Assembly (NCBI GenBank): GCA_964642015.1
Contig: CAZXLF010000001.1
Span: forward strand, 181,541-245,540
Direction: 5' to 3'
Source of the DNA: an uncultured Planctomycetia bacterium
GTDB lineage: Bacteria; Omnitrophota; Gorgyraeia; 2-02-FULL-51-18
DNA: 64,000 bases
A model generated the notes under the pieces. The model worked only from the letters and a program-made list of their open reading frames with translations, ran no database searches and had not been told where the DNA came from. Numbering within the stretch: position 1 is the first letter of the stretch; each line of letters begins with the position of its first letter. Below are positions 49,319-58,937 of the stretch, one piece after another. The translations under genes were made by a program, and so were the position numbers.

Positions 49319-51841
49319 TCAAGCCAAAATCTCGTTGATCTTTTTTTGCCATTCGTCTTCCGATATAATCTCGAAGGAAATTTTCCGTTCGGGCAAAGTG
49401 AAGCCCAATTCAACCCAGCTTCGTTCTTCTGCCAATTTGTTGCATAGAGAAAATACGTCCTGTTTGTATTGAGTGTCCTCGCTACCTTTCAAATGCAATC
49501 CCTTTGTCTCAACAACATACACTTTGTCGAAATCTTTATGACCTTTGGCGTTTGTTTCCGAAAAAATAAAGTCTGGATAAATGCGGTGTTTTCTCCAACC
49601 CTGGATTGCGTAATCCTGACGCGATAAATTTCTATACCACCAGAATAATCGCTCTTGTTCTTCGAGATACCAGGCAACGGATTTTTCGGTCTCATTGAAA
49701 TCATCTTCGGGAACAATTTCAAATAGACTCTTCTCAAGCGCACTGCCATCTTTCCGAGTCAACCGCCTGCTGCTTTTTTTTATTCGCAATTTGGATGGAA
49801 GGCGGTAGCCCTGATCATCTTTCAGCATAAGAAAACGAATTTGTTTTTTTGTTACCAGGTCGGCGAAAACTTGCTGGGAGAGACGATCTTTTTCTTGATC
49901 GGCGATTTTTCTCATTTCCTCAATGATAAATACCAAATTGTTTGCAACCGTTTTGAGGTCATTCTTTTTGATCAACGCTTCAAGTGTTTCCTGTGCTATT
50001 TCATAAGCGATCCAGGGATTTTGAATAATATCGACCAAGTGCCGCGTAACAAAAACAGTGTCAATCGCAAGGCCACCTTCTTTCAAACGCAGAACACCAT
50101 GACTTTCGATGACTTGTTTCTCATCATCACTCAGTCCAACGGCAATTTCTGTGTCCTTTTCTTCAGATGAAGATAATTTGAGTGAACGAGATGGCTTGAA
50201 GTCAGCATCACTCCATTTGATTTGGCTTACAATATCAGTCTCATAACTCAATTTTCTCCAAACCTTACTATCTTCGATTACGAAAACTGGAAGGTAAATC
50301 TGTCCTGCAAATTTTTTGAATTTCTCCCGCAATTCGACAACGCGCTCGCCCTCGGTAGCTTCGCCGCCTTCCATTGAACCATCAGACAATATGCGCCCTG
50401 CGAGATCTCCCAAACCCTCTTGCTCAAAACCATCTTTGACACTTTCAAGAAGTTGCTTCCCGCGCTGTTGGAAACAAAAAACATAACTTTCATCCAGAGC
50501 TTGAATTTTGGTCTTTCGCGCGAAGGGTTGTCGCAAAATTCTGCCAACGAGCTGTGTCATATTATTTTCAGAGGTGGGATTTGTAAGGACAGTCAAAACA
50601 TACGCAAATGAGCAATCCCAACCTTCCTGTAACGCCTGTTTGGTAATGATATATCGGATGTCGCAGGTGGGGGAGAAGAGATCAATGCCTTCAATGTCGT
50701 CTTTTTCGCTACTTTTTATTGCGATTGCTGATTCAGAAATGCCACAAGTTTTTATCAGATATTCTTTGGCGTCTTCCGCGTGAATAAAGCGTCCCCCGCG
50801 TTGATCTTTTCCAGTGCGTTCAACCTGAATCAAACAGATGGGGCGAATATATTCACCCATGTTCGCTTCATATTCTTTCGCCGCCTGTTCGAGAAGATTA
50901 CGTCTCTCAACGCTTGAAAGTAGCGTGTCTTTCCAGTCAACACTCGCCTTGTTGATTACGTGCAAATCGAGCTTGATCATATCTTCTCGTGCAAGCTCCA
51001 CACCTTTTATATCAACAAGAACGTTGCTCCCTCGATTCGGTGTAGCGGAAAGTTCGAGAATCAGGCACGGGTTGAATCCGCGAAGTGTTTTTTGTGCAGT
51101 TTCGCTATATGCCTTGTGTCCCTCATCAAGAATAATGACGGGAGATAGACTGCGTAGCGTGTTGCCCAGCGACGTTTTGATTTGCCTGCCCCAAAACCCT
51201 CCTTCCTTTCCGAATACATCCAAATTGGGAAACTTTTCAAGCAATTTTCGATGGCCTTCCGTATCGTCTTCAGAAGGAAAGAACGCCTGAAATCCGCCGC
51301 TATCTTTGAAAACCTTGAGCGTTTCTTTATTCTGTCTGGATGCCGAAGGAAGCATGAGCATGAGGACAACCAAGTTTTGTGCGACATCAAGAGGAGTAAA
51401 ATGATCCGCTTTCTCAAAGATCAATGTCTGCCCACCGCTTGCGACGTCAAGATGCTGACGGTAAGGATGTTCGCGGTCGCGCAGATGTTGAATTGTCTGA
51501 CGATAAATTTGTGTTGTTGGAACCACCCAAAGAATCAGGCCAGTTCGTTTTTTACGATAATTCGTATTGATGAGGTCTATGCTTTTGACGGCAAGGAGCG
51601 TTTTGCCGCCACCCGTGGGGATTTTCAGGCAGAAATTGGGGAGGTATTCACCAAGACCATTTTTTTTGGACTGGTAAGGAATGTTCCTGACTTTTTCCCA
51701 TGCTTTTCCCGTCCAATCTGGGACAGCATCAAGACCAGCGATTTTTGCAATCTCATCACTCTTTGTTCGCCAATCATATAACGCAGTCAGGTACTTTTTT
51801 ATTTGTTGAAGAGTTTTCTGCTGATATTCTTTGAGTTCCAT
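49319..51841 (-). CDS. res: type III restriction subunit (SF2 helicase-nuclease)
   Basis: LKEYQ, PTGGGKT, DEGH, SATP, ALQEGWD, QLVGRILR; C-terminal YPDF...VETKG. Confidence 0.88.
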   Translation of the reverse strand: MELKEYQQKTLQQIKKYLTALYDWRTKSDEIAKIAGLDAVPDWTGKAWEKVRNIPYQSKKNGLGEYLPNFCLKIPTGGGKTLLAVKSIDLINTNYRKKRTGLILWVVPTTQIYRQTIQHLRDREHPYRQHLDVASGGQTLIFEKADHFTPLDVAQNLVVLMLMLPSASRQNKETLKVFKDSGGFQAFFPSEDDTEGHRKLLEKFPNLDVFGKEGGFWGRQIKTSLGNTLRSLSPVIILDEGHKAYSETAQKTLRGFNPCLILELSATPNRGSNVLVDIKGVELAREDMIKLDLHVINKASVDWKDTLLSSVERRNLLEQAAKEYEANMGEYIRPICLIQVERTGKDQRGGRFIHAEDAKEYLIKTCGISESAIAIKSSEKDDIEGIDLFSPTCDIRYIITKQALQEGWDCSFAYVLTVLTNPTSENNMTQLVGRILRQPFARKTKIQALDESYVFCFQQRGKQLLESVKDGFEQEGLGDLAGRILSDGSMEGGEATEGERVVELREKFKKFAGQIYLPVFVIEDSKVWRKLSYETDIVSQIKWSDADFKPSRSLKLSSSEEKDTEIAVGLSDDEKQVIESHGVLRLKEGGLAIDTVFVTRHLVDIIQNPWIAYEIAQETLEALIKKNDLKTVANNLVFIIEEMRKIADQEKDRLSQQVFADLVTKKQIRFLMLKDDQGYRLPSKLRIKKSSRRLTRKDGSALEKSLFEIVPEDDFNETEKSVAWYLEEQERLFWWYRNLSRQDYAIQGWRKHRIYPDFIFSETNAKGHKDFDKVYVVETKGLHLKGSEDTQYKQDVFSLCNKLAEERSWVELGFTLPERKISFEIISEDEWQKKINEILA

Positions 51842-51848
51842 TCAATAA

Positions 51849-53531
51849 TCAGTCTGCAAATTTATAAATTTCAAAAGGCAGTTGCGCAAAGTCGATTCGT
51901 AATTCATCCAACATTTCTTGATCAAGGAATTTTGTCGGAGCAAAAACCAAACGACGCTTACCATTATATTTTCCGAGTTTTTTTGCACGATCAAGAGTGA
52001 GGGCCGTGTGCTTCAATGCTTCAATGTCGGGTGTATAAAAAAGGTAGACTTCATGGAATTTTGACTCGCCGACGAATCCCTTTTTCTCATCAACTTCTTT
52101 TTCATCAAATTCTTCACCAGTAGCAGTGTAAAAAAGATAACGCGCAAGTTCTCCGTATGAAGGAAGGTGTTTCCCATCAAGGATTCGTTCCAATTCAATA
52201 GCCCGTCCGAGTTCAAAATAACCAAACGTTTCGCCGAATTTCAAAGCAAGTTTTTGATCTTTATCCGAGCCATTTTTTATAACTCTTTTGACTCTTTCAG
52301 CGGTGATTGAGTCCGCATAATTTTCACACTCAACAAGAATAAACTTCCGCTTCCCTCCGTCAGAACGATTCAGTTCGATCACTGCTTGACCAGTTGTTCC
52401 CGAACCTGCAAACGAATCCAGAACAATCGAATTTTTATCACCTGACAGCAAGACGGCGTGTTTTACCAGATCAACGGGTTTTGGATAATCGAACACTGTT
52501 TTGCCAAACAAATCTTTTATTTGATCTCGTCCCGTTTCATTATTGAACTCAGACCCTTCCCATATAGAAGGAAATAAACGTCCCTTTGAATCGCCATCAG
52601 CATCTTCCGCAAAATCTTTTTGACAGACCTCCCACTCTTCTTCTTGAGTTTCGCGTCTCTTGACTATTTTTGCGATAAGCAAATTACCTTCTTTTTCTAT
52701 CTTTCCTTTGCTCCATCTCCATACGCTATCACTCCCATCAGAAAGTTTTGGAATAACTTTGACAAACCCCTTTTGATTTTCGAGATACACTTTTCCCGTT
52801 TTAGGATCAACAAATAGAGGAAAATGTAAATTTGGTCGGTCTTGTCTACGCGATAGCGCGCCTCTTTTCCTCAAACCCAAAAGTCGGTATCGTTTCCCAT
52901 TTTCAGTCTCAGAGTATTCCGCGAGCTGTTCATCAGTGAGATCGAGACGGCCTGCCTTGAATTTTGAAATATCCTTTACGTACGCAACGAGATACTCATG
53001 TTCCACCGCCAATTCTGTGCCAAGCCTTCTGCCGCGCGGGTTATTCTGAATTACGATTACGCCAAAACGATTTGACTCGTTGAAAATTTCATCACAAAGA
53101 CACAATAAGTTTTTCAATTCGTTGTCATCGATTGAAATAAAAATAATCCCGCTGTCGGAGAGCAGTTCTCTCAAAATTTTCAATCTTGGCATCATCATGC
53201 AGAGCCATTTGTCGTGGCGAGTCAGATCTTCTCGATCAACCACCTTGCCGAGCCATTCTTGCATCATTGGCGAGTTGACATTATCGTTATAAGCCCATTT
53301 TTCATTCCCAGTGTTATACGGCGGATCGATATAAATGCACTTTACTTTCCCAGCGTATGTGGGAAGAAGAGCTTTCAAGGCCTTGAGATTATCGCCGTGA
53401 ATTACGAGATTATCAGTAAGGCGGACTTTATCGGTGAGACTTTTGGATTTCTGCGGAATCAGTTCGTGATATTTGACCGAAAGATGATAATTCTGAACAA
53501 ACGGTTTTCCCTTGAAATTCAAATTTGCCAT
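51849..53531 (-). CDS. mod: type III adenine DNA methyltransferase
   Basis: HGDNL, IDPPYNTG, SIDDNE, PKPVDL, LDSFAGSGTTG. Confidence 0.92.
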   Translation of the reverse strand: MANLNFKGKPFVQNYHLSVKYHELIPQKSKSLTDKVRLTDNLVIHGDNLKALKALLPTYAGKVKCIYIDPPYNTGNEKWAYNDNVNSPMMQEWLGKVVDREDLTRHDKWLCMMMPRLKILRELLSDSGIIFISIDDNELKNLLCLCDEIFNESNRFGVIVIQNNPRGRRLGTELAVEHEYLVAYVKDISKFKAGRLDLTDEQLAEYSETENGKRYRLLGLRKRGALSRRQDRPNLHFPLFVDPKTGKVYLENQKGFVKVIPKLSDGSDSVWRWSKGKIEKEGNLLIAKIVKRRETQEEEWEVCQKDFAEDADGDSKGRLFPSIWEGSEFNNETGRDQIKDLFGKTVFDYPKPVDLVKHAVLLSGDKNSIVLDSFAGSGTTGQAVIELNRSDGGKRKFILVECENYADSITAERVKRVIKNGSDKDQKLALKFGETFGYFELGRAIELERILDGKHLPSYGELARYLFYTATGEEFDEKEVDEKKGFVGESKFHEVYLFYTPDIEALKHTALTLDRAKKLGKYNGKRRLVFAPTKFLDQEMLDELRIDFAQLPFEIYKFAD

Positions 53532-53569
53532 AAGTTTCCATGTAATGGTTTCGTAATGCTATTTCGGCC

Positions 53570-53598
53570 ATTATACCCACGCTTCGTCGTTATATCAA
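53570..53598 (-). promoter_or_regulatory. strong sigma70 promoter for the mod-res-TIR-TM operon
   Basis: On the minus strand TTGATA-N17-TATAAT, 38 bp before the mod ATG. Confidence 0.75.
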
Positions 53599-54103
53599 CG
53601 AAAGTCAGAATTGACGAAACGTGCTTATTTTTTGGAAACAAGATAAAGAGTTGTTCTGAGCTGTCTGAAATTTGAGGCGAAAAGGTCAGCAACGAAACCT
53701 TTTTCCCGAAAAGGGGAAGTGGGGGGGCGCAAGGCCAAAAATGACCTGCCAATCGGCTATATGCGCTATCAAGGGTCTGCCTGTGATGAGTAAATAACAG
53801 ATGCGTCAATCAGCCGCGTTTTATTATCACCGCCAGACATTGTTTTCGATTTCCATCAGAACCAACTTTTCAACCATAATCAATACGCACCAGAGATTTC
53901 CGCCCGAATCGCCAAACCCTTGTCAGTGACAACGCCTTCTCTTGGAAAACGCTCAAATTCCTGACCTTTTGCTGACAACCTTGATCTGCTGACAACCTGC
54001 GTATTTGGTCTTTTGAAAGCGTACCTTGCCTTTCAAAAAGATGAACCGATTTCTGCAAAGACTCTCCTTTATATATCCTTGTCCTTTCGTGCCAGTCTTG
54101 AAA

Positions 54104-55429
54104 AAGGAGGGCTCTTCGTTCGACCTTGCGATAGCCATCGGGATTTTAGTTGCCAATGAGACTATTACACAAGAACAAGTCGAGAATATTATTTTTTGCG
54201 GCGAACTTTCATTGGATGGCAGACTTCGAGGAGTATCAGGGGTCTTGCCGCGGGCAGTATGGCTTTTATCAAACGAGCCGAAGAAGCGATTCGTGATACC
54301 ATATGATAACGCCAAGGAAGCCTTATGCGCCAGAGGTCTGGATGTCAATCCCGCTAAAAATCTTTCTCAAGTGATCCATTTTCTTAAAGGCGAAGGGGAA
54401 TTATCTCTTAAAACGGATGATCGACCGGAAAATTCAAACGGTAAATTAAAAAGACCTAGAAGATATTTTGATTTCTCTGATATTAAAGGGCAGTGGCATG
54501 CCAAACGCGGTCTTGAGATCGCGGCCGCAGGACAGCACAACGTCCTTTTAATAGGCCCGCCCGGCGCCGGAAAGACAATGTTGGCAAAGCGAATGCCGAC
54601 TATCTTATCGTCGATCACTTTTGATGAAGCGATAGAGACAACAAAGATCCACAGTGTTGCAGGCCTTCTTTTAGAAAAGGCATCACTGATCGAATCAAGG
54701 CCTTTTCGCGATCCGCATCACACGATCTCAAATGCTGCGTTAATAGGCGGCGGTTCATATCCCAAACCAGGAGAAGTCAGCCTTGCTCATAATGGAGTTT
54801 TATTTTTAGATGAATTAGCTGAGTTCAGGCGGGATGTTCTGGAAGTTCTGCGTCAGCCGCTTGAAGAAGGCAAGATCACAATTTCCAGAGCTTCTTCGTC
54901 TTTGACGCTACCGGCACGTTTTATGCTGGTTGCTGCAATGAACCCTTGTCCGTGCGGTTACTTTACGGACCCAAAAAAAGAATGTCATTGCACGCCTATT
55001 CAGATCAAAAACTATATGTCTAAGATCTCAGGGCCCTTGCTCGACCGTATAGACATTCAGCTTGAAGTTCCTTGTCTAAAGGTTGATGAAATAACTTCGA
55101 AAGCTGCGGGAGAGCCATCCTCAGCGATCAGGGAACGCGTTGAAGAAGCGCGCAGCAGACAGCGCAGCCGCTATGCGTCGGAAAAAATATCATCGAATTC
55201 AGAGCTCGAACCTAAGCAAGTTGAAAGGTATTGCGAAGTCTCAAAAGAAGGGGAAGCGCTTCTTAAAATGGCCATCCAGGAACTTGGGTTTTCGGCACGT
55301 GCTTATCACAAAGCATTGAAAGTTGCTCGCACTATAGCTGATCTAGAAGGATCAGAATGCATTCACCAAACGCATATCACAGAATCTATCCATTACCGTG
55401 CGTTGGATCGTAACGCATGGTTTAAATAA
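54104..55429 (+). pseudogene. comM: ComM/YifB, 3' fragment
   Basis: KEGSSFDLAIAIGIL, GELSLDG, GPPGAGKT, RDPHHT, PGEVSLAHNGVLFLDE, AAMNPCPCG, SGPLLDRID. Confidence 0.93.
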
Positions 55430-55494
55430 ACCTCCGATAAGTTATTGCCGCAAAATGAGTTGTAACATATATATGAAAAAATAACAATATAAAT

Positions 55495-55523
55495 TTGACA
55501 AATATACATTTATCCAGTAAGCT
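55495..55523 (+). promoter_or_regulatory. sigma70-type promoter
   Basis: TTGACA-N17-TAAGCT. Confidence 0.6.
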
Positions 55524-55547
55524 CCCAATCAACATGGGGGTGAGGTT

Positions 55548-57167
55548 GTGATAAAACGAATCTTTTTTGTATGGATGTGTTTGATGGTTTTTTCGGTTTA
55601 CGAAGTCAGAGCTGAGTGGGTGGATCTATCCAAAGGTTTGGATGAATTGGATATTCGATCGATAGCTTCAGACCGAGGAAACTCCGCGGTCATATATGTC
55701 GCATCAGGTAAATCAGTATATAGGACTGTGAATGCCGGAAACTCATGGCAGAAAGTATTAAGGTTACATGCCGGAGACACTCATATTGATTTTATTTATA
55801 TTGATCCCAGCGATTCAAAAATCATTTATGTCTGCACGGACCATGGAGTTTATAAGTCAGAAAGCGGAGGAGAAGGACAATGGAGTTTAATTTTTGAAGG
55901 AGTGTCCGAGACGACTAAAAAAGTCATATGCGTCTCAATGGAACCTATAAAACCCGAAATCCTTTGGATAGGCACCGAACATGGTTTATTTTATCTGAAC
56001 CAAAAAAGTCACGTGCTCGAGAAAGAGAGCAAAATCCCCAATGCTGTGATCTATTCGATCCTTCTGGATGGATCAGGCGTAACGAATAAGATCGTTTCGA
56101 CAGATCAGGGCATTTACAAAAATTTAACCGATCATTCATGGCAAAAAGTATTCGTTCCTCAGACAGCTCAAGATAATGAAGATGCTGATACTCAATCTTT
56201 GCAGCAGTTTGGTGTCGAAGAGATCGCCACAGTACCTTTATTTTCTAATCTGGCCTACTCATCCGGACAAGGACGTTTTTATGCGGCTACGAGAAGCGGG
56301 ATTTTACAAAGCGATCAGAACGCTGTTTCCTGGACAAATTTCGAAGGCCAGCAATTACCTGATAGAAAGGTTAATTCCATCGCATCTTCTCAAAAAGCAG
56401 TCTACGTGGCGACGAACAGGGGAGTTTTTCGATGGGATAGTATTACGCATTCATTTTCTGAAATGTATGCGGGATTGGTTTCAAGAGAGGTGCGGATCTT
56501 GGAATACAATGATAAGGGCAAATATTTGCTGGCTGCGACAAAAAGGGGAATCTATCGATTTTCAGATCCGGAATCGGCTGATATTGAATTGTCAAATATG
56601 CAGGTTCGCCCAATATCAATGCAACTGACCAATGAGATGTTAGCTAGGTTTTCTAATGAACCTACGGTTTTAGAAGTCCAGCAGGCGGCGATCCGTTATG
56701 CGGAAGTAAGCCCTGAAAAGATAGCGCAATGGCGGATCGCCGCAGCTAGAAAAGCTTGGGCGCCATCGCTTTCTTTTCACCAAGATTTTGAAAATAGGAA
56801 CAATGTTGACATAGATCGTGGAGGCACCGCAGATCCCGATAAATTCATTCAAGGTCCTCAAGAGAAAAGTTGGGACAGGTATTTTACAGTCAGTTGGAAT
56901 TTGGCGGATCTTATTTGGAATAGCGATCAGACGTCGATAGACAGCCGGTCGAAATTGATGGTCGAATTAAGGAACGATGTTTTAAATGAAGTGACACATC
57001 TTTATTTTGAAAGGCGGCGCTTGCAATTAGAAATGCTTACGGACCCAACGGAACAATCATCCGTAAATCTGGATCGGCAATTAAGACTTCAGGAATTTAC
57101 GGCAAACATCGATGCATTGACAGGCGGTTTCTTAACAAATAGCCTAAAGAAAGGAAAAGAGTTATGA
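55548..57167 (+). CDS. exported beta-propeller (BNR/YVTN-like repeat) protein with a helical C-terminal domain
   Basis: Signal peptide; repeats VYRTVNAGNSW, GVYKSESGG, YVATNRGVF; C-terminal amphipathic helices. Confidence 0.75.
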   Translation: MIKRIFFVWMCLMVFSVYEVRAEWVDLSKGLDELDIRSIASDRGNSAVIYVASGKSVYRTVNAGNSWQKVLRLHAGDTHIDFIYIDPSDSKIIYVCTDHGVYKSESGGEGQWSLIFEGVSETTKKVICVSMEPIKPEILWIGTEHGLFYLNQKSHVLEKESKIPNAVIYSILLDGSGVTNKIVSTDQGIYKNLTDHSWQKVFVPQTAQDNEDADTQSLQQFGVEEIATVPLFSNLAYSSGQGRFYAATRSGILQSDQNAVSWTNFEGQQLPDRKVNSIASSQKAVYVATNRGVFRWDSITHSFSEMYAGLVSREVRILEYNDKGKYLLAATKRGIYRFSDPESADIELSNMQVRPISMQLTNEMLARFSNEPTVLEVQQAAIRYAEVSPEKIAQWRIAAARKAWAPSLSFHQDFENRNNVDIDRGGTADPDKFIQGPQEKSWDRYFTVSWNLADLIWNSDQTSIDSRSKLMVELRNDVLNEVTHLYFERRRLQLEMLTDPTEQSSVNLDRQLRLQEFTANIDALTGGFLTNSLKKGKEL

Positions 57168-57427
57168 ATATTGCATCCCAAGAGGTAATAGCCGGCAACG
57201 GGGAAATGATAACAGGGACTGTTAAGATGGATTTGCCATGGCAATTTAAGCAAAAGCTATTAAATTCAAGGGAAACTTTACTGCTGCTGAAAGAAACGAA
57301 TCTTTTCGGGCCGATCTTGAATAAAAGCTTAGACGACATGGATTTTTTGATCAAAAAAGCCGATGAATTGGCCGAATTTAAACTTCTTGAAATACGCATC
57401 AAAGTCGGCGTCCCAACTGATTCATAA
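57164..57427 (+). CDS. hypothetical protein
   Basis: 87-aa ORF with ATGA overlap and an upstream AAGGA. Confidence 0.5.
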   Translation: MNIASQEVIAGNGEMITGTVKMDLPWQFKQKLLNSRETLLLLKETNLFGPILNKSLDDMDFLIKKADELAEFKLLEIRIKVGVPTDS

Positions 57428-57469
57428 CCTTAGTAGCATGATCGACTTATAGATATAGGTTTTTTAATC

Positions 57470-57498
57470 TTGCCATCCCATAATTCTTAGCGTATACT
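57470..57498 (+). promoter_or_regulatory. sigma70-type promoter of the polysaccharide export operon
   Basis: TTGCCA-N17-TATACT. Confidence 0.6.
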
Positions 57499-57610
57499 AG
57501 CTTCCAATTATTGTTCATTTTGTGACTCTTAAATTTCTCAAAGAATTTTGAGTTAAACTTCAACTCTCGCACCGAATTTTTAAATTAGGCGGGCTACAGG
57601 ATCATTTCAG

Positions 57611-58915
57611 ATGAAAAATATATTATTTAAGAATATTGCGTTGCCGGCCCTATTTTTGGGGCTGATTTCATTTTTTTATAATTCGTCCGCATCAGCGGAT
57701 GTGAACTCCACTGCAGTTACTGCGGGCAATGTGGCTCACAGTCAGGGAACAAAAGCGTCGGAGAGCTATGAAGCTGAAGGCCGAGCCGGCGGACCTATTT
57801 ATGAGTACGGCAAAGGTATCTATCTCGGGCCGGCTCATTTCATTCCTGCCATTGGTTACCAATACTCTTGGATGGATAACGTGTTCTATGATGAAAGAGG
57901 TATTAAATCCGATTATGTGAGCCGTCTTAATACCGATCTTACCGGCGAGCTTCCTTTGGGTGGTGGTCAGCATTTGGTCACGATGTCTTATATTACAAGC
58001 ACTGAATGGTTCGAACGTTTCCGGAGCCAGAATCATACCGATCAGACTGTTGCGGGAGGGGTCAAATTAAATTATGTACCGTTCAGCCTGAATGTGGAAG
58101 ATCACTTTTTGAGAACAGAGGATAGGTCTGGCACTGAATTTACGCAGCGTATTCAAAGAGATGAAAACACGGCGCATGCACTTTTAGAAATCCCGTTTGC
58201 CGCTTTTTTTCTTGAAACGGAAAGCTTTGATTTGAATGAAGATTATAGACAGGCAGCGGATCAATCTTTCACGCATAATAATTTTGATTTTTATCAAAGA
58301 GTCGGTATAGATATTTCCGGCAACAATCAATTTTTAGCCGAATATGGCTATACGCACATTGATTATACTAACAGTCCTTTCAATAGGGATGGTAACGCGA
58401 ATCAATTTGCATTGGGTCTTCGCGGAAATTTAACAGAAAGAATTTCCTATCAGGTATGGGGAGGGGCTCAGTATCGTATCTATGATGAAAGTTCTTTACC
58501 CGATTTTAACGGGTTCATCATGAGAGCCGCTGCCGAATACGCCATCTCGGATGCAAGCCACGTGGCTTTGAAACTGGACAGAAGCCCCCAGGAATCCACC
58601 TTTGATAACCAAAGCTTTTATGTAAGGGACCACTCGGAATTGACTTGGAGACAGCAGATAGCCGATCGCCTATTTTTTAATACGACCGAGGCGTTCGATT
58701 ATAATGAATATTCCCGCGTCACTGTCCTGGCGAGTAAACAGGAAGTGAGAAAAGACTATGTGTGGGGAGCATCTGCGGGCCTTGAATATGTTCTGCCGAA
58801 TAATTTGACCTCTTTGACCTTGGATTACCACTTGAATGGCCGCGTATCCAATCTGGATGGTTCATTGGGCTATGATGCCAATGAGGTCACGGCCGGCATA
58901 AGGACTTCGTTCTAA
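57611..58915 (+). CDS. outer-membrane beta-barrel protein associated with polysaccharide export
   Basis: Signal peptide, DNVF motif, alternating beta strands, terminal Phe, upstream of a wza-like gene. Confidence 0.78.
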   Translation: MKNILFKNIALPALFLGLISFFYNSSASADVNSTAVTAGNVAHSQGTKASESYEAEGRAGGPIYEYGKGIYLGPAHFIPAIGYQYSWMDNVFYDERGIKSDYVSRLNTDLTGELPLGGGQHLVTMSYITSTEWFERFRSQNHTDQTVAGGVKLNYVPFSLNVEDHFLRTEDRSGTEFTQRIQRDENTAHALLEIPFAAFFLETESFDLNEDYRQAADQSFTHNNFDFYQRVGIDISGNNQFLAEYGYTHIDYTNSPFNRDGNANQFALGLRGNLTERISYQVWGGAQYRIYDESSLPDFNGFIMRAAAEYAISDASHVALKLDRSPQESTFDNQSFYVRDHSELTWRQQIADRLFFNTTEAFDYNEYSRVTVLASKQEVRKDYVWGASAGLEYVLPNNLTSLTLDYHLNGRVSNLDGSLGYDANEVTAGIRTSF

Positions 58916-58937
58916 CCCAAGAGTTTATTCAATTATT

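Larger units (their letters stand above)
42368..54108 (-). mobile_element. ~11.7-kb serine-integrase element inserted in comM
   Basis: Flanked by the two comM halves; core AAGGA at 42368-42372 and 54104-54108 in the same codon phase; all genes run opposite to the host genes; integrase at the left end. Confidence 0.93.

Noticed and set aside
42368-54108. Intact prophage or conjugative element
   Set aside because: No recognisable structural, lysis, relaxase or T4SS genes
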